Positions 35,377 to 38,603 of a stretch of 38,603 bases of DNA are shown here, piece after piece. The notes beneath the pieces were generated by a model. It was not told the DNA's origin, did no database searches, and saw only the letters and a list, made by a program, of their open reading frames with translations. The number at the start of each line of letters is the position of its first letter. The first letter of the stretch is position 1. A program made the translations under genes and the position numbers. The stretch spans positions 1-38,603 of the forward strand of contig DASVNC010000290.1 of NCBI GenBank assembly GCA_036384055.1. The letters are read 5' to 3'. This stretch comes from Parvibaculum sp. (GTDB lineage: Bacteria > Pseudomonadota > Alphaproteobacteria > Parvibaculales > Parvibaculaceae).

Positions 35377-36252
35377 TCAGGCGTGGGCGGTGACGAGCCA
35401 GATGGCGCCCGGGAGTTTGACGCCGTCGGCCGTCAGATGCTTTGCCAGTTCGGTGCGGACGGCCGCTTTAGCACGTTCGCGCAGGTCGTCCGGCTGGCTC
35501 GCCAGCAGGCGGGCCAGCGGCCCGATTTCGAGCGCCTGTCCGAGCGCGTCTTCCACCGGATCGCGGCTTTCGGGAACGCCGAGCACGGCCGCGGCGTCGA
35601 AGGGGGTGAGCACGATGTCGCGAAAACCGGCGGTGGCGAGGATCGAGGCGACCCGGTCCTTGTCGGCAAAAGCGAAGGGGCCGGGAGCGTCGGGCACGGC
35701 CGGCTCCTGCGGCGGCAGGAGCGGCAAGACCGCGCGCATCGGCGTGGTGAGCCAGGGATTTTCCTTCGTCGAGCGCCAGCAGGCGAAGGCGAGGCGGCCT
35801 GTCTTCGCCATGCCCTTGTGGATATTGGCGAAGGCGGCTGCGGGTTCGTCGAAGAACATCACGCCGAAGCGCGACAGCAGAAGGTCGAAGCTCGCGGGCT
35901 GAAATGCATGTGTCGCCGCGTCGGCGACGAGGAAGTCCGCCGAGAGCCCGAGCGCCGCGGCGCGCTCTTTCGCCCGGGCGACCATCGGACCCGAAATATC
36001 GATGCCGAGCGTGCGGCCGCTTTTGCCGGCGCTGGCGGCGGCTTCAAGCGTCGTCGCGCCGCATCCGCAGCCGACATCGAGGACGCGCTCGCCCGATTTG
36101 ATGGACGCGGCTTTCAGAACGGCGTCGCCGAAAGGCGCCAGCATACGGTCGAGGCGGTCCTGGTAGCGGACCCACTTGCCGCCGGTCTTGCCGTTCCATT
36201 CCTCGATCTGTTGCGCGTTCGGTGCGGTCGCGTTCTGATCGGCCATGCTCAT
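35377..36252 (-). CDS. Class I SAM-dependent methyltransferase
   Basis: VLDVGCGCG, GIDISGPM, SRFGVMFF, PGPFAFAD. Confidence 0.88.
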   Translation of the reverse strand: MSMADQNATAPNAQQIEEWNGKTGGKWVRYQDRLDRMLAPFGDAVLKAASIKSGERVLDVGCGCGATTLEAAASAGKSGRTLGIDISGPMVARAKERAAALGLSADFLVADAATHAFQPASFDLLLSRFGVMFFDEPAAAFANIHKGMAKTGRLAFACWRSTKENPWLTTPMRAVLPLLPPQEPAVPDAPGPFAFADKDRVASILATAGFRDIVLTPFDAAAVLGVPESRDPVEDALGQALEIGPLARLLASQPDDLRERAKAAVRTELAKHLTADGVKLPGAIWLVTAHA

Positions 36253-36304
36253 CTCCCTTCAAGCCCGCTTCTGAACCGGCGGTGCGGAGAGGATGGCCGC
36301 GAAG

Positions 36305-37126
36305 TTACTCGGCGGCAAGTGTCTCGCGATGATTGAGACGGTCGGCGAGCCGGCGAAGGCGTTGTTCAACCTCGGCGACGCCGAGTTCCATCGTCTCGCC
36401 GTGGTCACCCGGCTGGCCCGGCTCGATGTCGGCGCCGGTCGGCAGATGCGGCTCGATGGCATGGCCGCCGGCCAGCGTTTGCAGGCGGGCGAGACGGTCG
36501 GCGATTAATGCCGCGTGATCGGCGAAGCGGTTGCCGACCTTGGCAACAAGTTCCTGCGCGGCGGCGATCTCCGCGGCGATGGCGGCGATTTCAGTGTCTT
36601 CGGCAAAGGCCGAACGCGGCGGCGACAGGGCGAGGCCGCCTTCGCCCGTCGTCAGATTGACGACACCGATGGCGATGCCGGCGCGGCCCTGTTCGTCGAG
36701 GGCAATGTCGAAGGCGGGATGCTGCCCGCCGATCAGTCTGCCGTTGACGAGATTGACGCGGTTATGCGTGGCGGCGCCGACGGCGGCGTCGATTTCGGCG
36801 CGAACGTCATCGTAGCGGCCGGCAAAGAGCGCGCGCCGGCCAAGGTCGCCGTTCTCGCCGGCGATGCGCAGGAGGCCCGCCGCTTCGCGCAGCCGGTCGC
36901 TCACCATGTCGATGGTCAGCACGGCGGTTTCGATGGTCGAGAGCGCGGTCGCAATGCGGGTGCCGAGCGCCGCCGCGGAGCGCCAGGAGGACGCCGCATG
37001 GGAATGACGCAAGGCGCGCGCGATGGCGCTTTTGGGCGCGCGCACTTCTTCGGCCTCGGCGCGCGCGGGCGCCTTGCGCTTTTCCTGGCTTTTCTGTCGC
37101 CGTGAGAGCAGCGAAACGAGACGCAT
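36305..37126 (-). CDS. Flagellin-related protein (D1-like helices only)
   Basis: ALSTIETA....I...L..A..L and RYDDVRAEIDAAVGAATHNRVNLVNG resemble the flagellin '...Y..L..QID..A..ASYNGVNLL.G' motif. Start may be 37126 or 37144. Confidence 0.6.
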   Translation of the reverse strand: MRLVSLLSRRQKSQEKRKAPARAEAEEVRAPKSAIARALRHSHAASSWRSAAALGTRIATALSTIETAVLTIDMVSDRLREAAGLLRIAGENGDLGRRALFAGRYDDVRAEIDAAVGAATHNRVNLVNGRLIGGQHPAFDIALDEQGRAGIAIGVVNLTTGEGGLALSPPRSAFAEDTEIAAIAAEIAAAQELVAKVGNRFADHAALIADRLARLQTLAGGHAIEPHLPTGADIEPGQPGDHGETMELGVAEVEQRLRRLADRLNHRETLAAE

Positions 37127-37270
37127 CCGTCTGCCTTTGAACAAACCGCCCCGATGGCGGGCCCGTCATAAATTAAGGCCTCATTCGTTGACGCTCTCTA
37201 AATCCGGGCGCATCCCGGCGCGGCGGCATGGGCGCACATGACCGGCTTCATCTGATAAGGTTTACGGATC

Positions 37271-37747
37271 ATGGCGAATCTTCCTCTACCTGTATGGAAA
37301 GTGGTGCGGCCCCTGACCCGGCTCTATTACCGGCTGAGCCGGCCGATGACGGTCGGCGTGCGCGGCCTTGTCCGCGACGAGGCGGGCCGGGTGCTGCTGG
37401 TCCGCCATTCCTATGTCGACGGCTGGTATCTGCCGGGCGGCGGGGTCGAGCGGGCGGAAACCGCCTTTGTGGCGATCACACGCGAACTCGACGAGGAGGC
37501 CGGCATCATCCTGACGCGGCCGCCGAAGCTCGTCGGGCTTTATGCGAATTTCCGCGAGTTCAAATCCGACCATGTGGTGCTGTTTCTGGTCGAGCCGGGG
37601 AGCTACGAGCGCGTGGCGCGGCGCAGCTTTGAAATCGCCGAATATGATTTCTTCGCGCCGGACGCGCTGCCCGACGGGACGACGCCGGGCACCCGCGCGC
37701 GCATCCGCGAGATGGCGGAGGGTTCGCCGCAGCCCGAACTCTGGTGA
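37271..37747 (+). CDS. NUDIX hydrolase
   Basis: LPGGGVERAETAFVAITRELDEEAG Nudix box. Confidence 0.92.
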   Translation: MANLPLPVWKVVRPLTRLYYRLSRPMTVGVRGLVRDEAGRVLLVRHSYVDGWYLPGGGVERAETAFVAITRELDEEAGIILTRPPKLVGLYANFREFKSDHVVLFLVEPGSYERVARRSFEIAEYDFFAPDALPDGTTPGTRARIREMAEGSPQPELW

Positions 37748-37748
37748 A

Positions 37749-38603
37749 CTACAAGACGGGCCTGCGGTCCTTCCAGGGCTGCGCTTTTTCGAGCTGGGCG
37801 GCGAGGCGGAAAAGCATCGCCTCTTCGCCGAAGCGCCCGGTGAACATCATGCCGAGCGGCAGGCCGTCGCCGTTCCAGTGCAGCGGCACCGACATCGAGG
37901 GCTGACCCGTCATGTTGTAGATGCCGATGTTCGGCATGTATTCGGCGCTCGCCGCCAGATAGGCGCCGACATCGGCCGACATGGTGTTGAGGACGCCGAG
38001 CTTGACCGGCGGCGCGGCGAGCGTCGGCGACAGGTGAATGTCGTAGCGTTCGTGATAGCCCGCGAGCTTGCGGCCGAGCTGGTGGATGAAGAGCACGGAT
38101 TCGGCGTAGTCGGCGCTGGAGCGCATTTTTGCGCTCTCGGCGACGAGGCTGGTGAAAACCTCGACGTCATCGCCCGTCAATTCGCGCCCGAGCTGGGCGG
38201 CGCGGCTTCGCAGCGACATGAGGACATTCGCGCCGATGAGCGTCGCCTGGTGTTTTGCCACTTCGTTGACGTCGATGGCGGGCGCTGCCTCTTCGACATG
38301 ATGGCCGAGATCGGCGAGCAGTTTCGCCGTCCACTCGATGGCGGCGACGACGTCCTTGTGGCAGGTCGTGCCGTTCGGACGCTTCGCCGTGAAGGAGACG
38401 CTGAGTTTCCCCGGCGCCTTCTTCGTTTCCTCCAGATAGGAACCCGCATATGCGGGCGCCGCATAGGGGTCGCCCGCGGCGGGGCCATGCGTCGCGTCGA
38501 GCATGGCGGCGCTGTCGCGCACCGAGCGCGAGACGACGTGCGAAATCGACATGCCGCTCCAGCCTTCGCCGCGGTCAGGGCCCATCGGCGTCCGGGCGCG
38601 GCT
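37749..38603 (-). CDS. Amidase family protein, C-terminal part (5' end outside window)
   Basis: [47 protein letters not shown]. The frame is open to the window edge. Confidence 0.9.
   Translation of the reverse strand, partial: SRARTPMGPDRGEGWSGMSISHVVSRSVRDSAAMLDATHGPAAGDPYAAPAYAGSYLEETKKAPGKLSVSFTAKRPNGTTCHKDVVAAIEWTAKLLADLGHHVEEAAPAIDVNEVAKHQATLIGANVLMSLRSRAAQLGRELTGDDVEVFTSLVAESAKMRSSADYAESVLFIHQLGRKLAGYHERYDIHLSPTLAAPPVKLGVLNTMSADVGAYLAASAEYMPNIGIYNMTGQPSMSVPLHWNGDGLPLGMMFTGRFGEEAMLFRLAAQLEKAQPWKDRRPVL

Overview
GC-rich alphaproteobacterial chromosomal window. The gene content resembles Parvibaculum/Caulobacter-type organisms, which is an inference. From left to right: the 3' end of mnmA, a PmtA-like methyltransferase and tRNA-Met(CAT); a more AT-rich ~9 kb surface-glycan cluster (rfbF, rfbG, 3,5-epimerase, sugar C-methyltransferase, WbqC, GT2, DegT aminotransferase, acyltransferase-3, sulfotransferase) followed by a GtrA/GtrB-like pair; slyX, a small GIY-YIG gene and a GOLPH3/GPP34-family gene divergent from an RsbW-like kinase plus two STAS proteins; pstCAB without pstS, with a Pho box and a small upstream ORF; DedA; an in-frame esterase-GST fusion; a TetA-like MFS transporter; a cold-shock protein; a DUF1007 plus His-rich RcnA-like metal transporter pair; a lipid/acyl-CoA catabolic block (heteromeric ACAD pair, 2-hydroxyacid dehydrogenase, SnoaL, acyl-CoA synthetase, ferritin-like diiron protein, hydrolase) containing a 118-bp palindromic repeat element; a Cle-like receiver/Hpt/receiver trio; a methyltransferase; a flagellin paralogue apparently lacking D0; NUDIX; and a partial amidase. 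I saw no integrase, transposase or CRISPR array. The best candidates for uncharacterised systems are the GPP34/partner-switch locus with mirror-image promoters and the Cle-Hpt-Cle plus D0-less flagellin locus. All product calls come from motif recognition by eye, not database searches.
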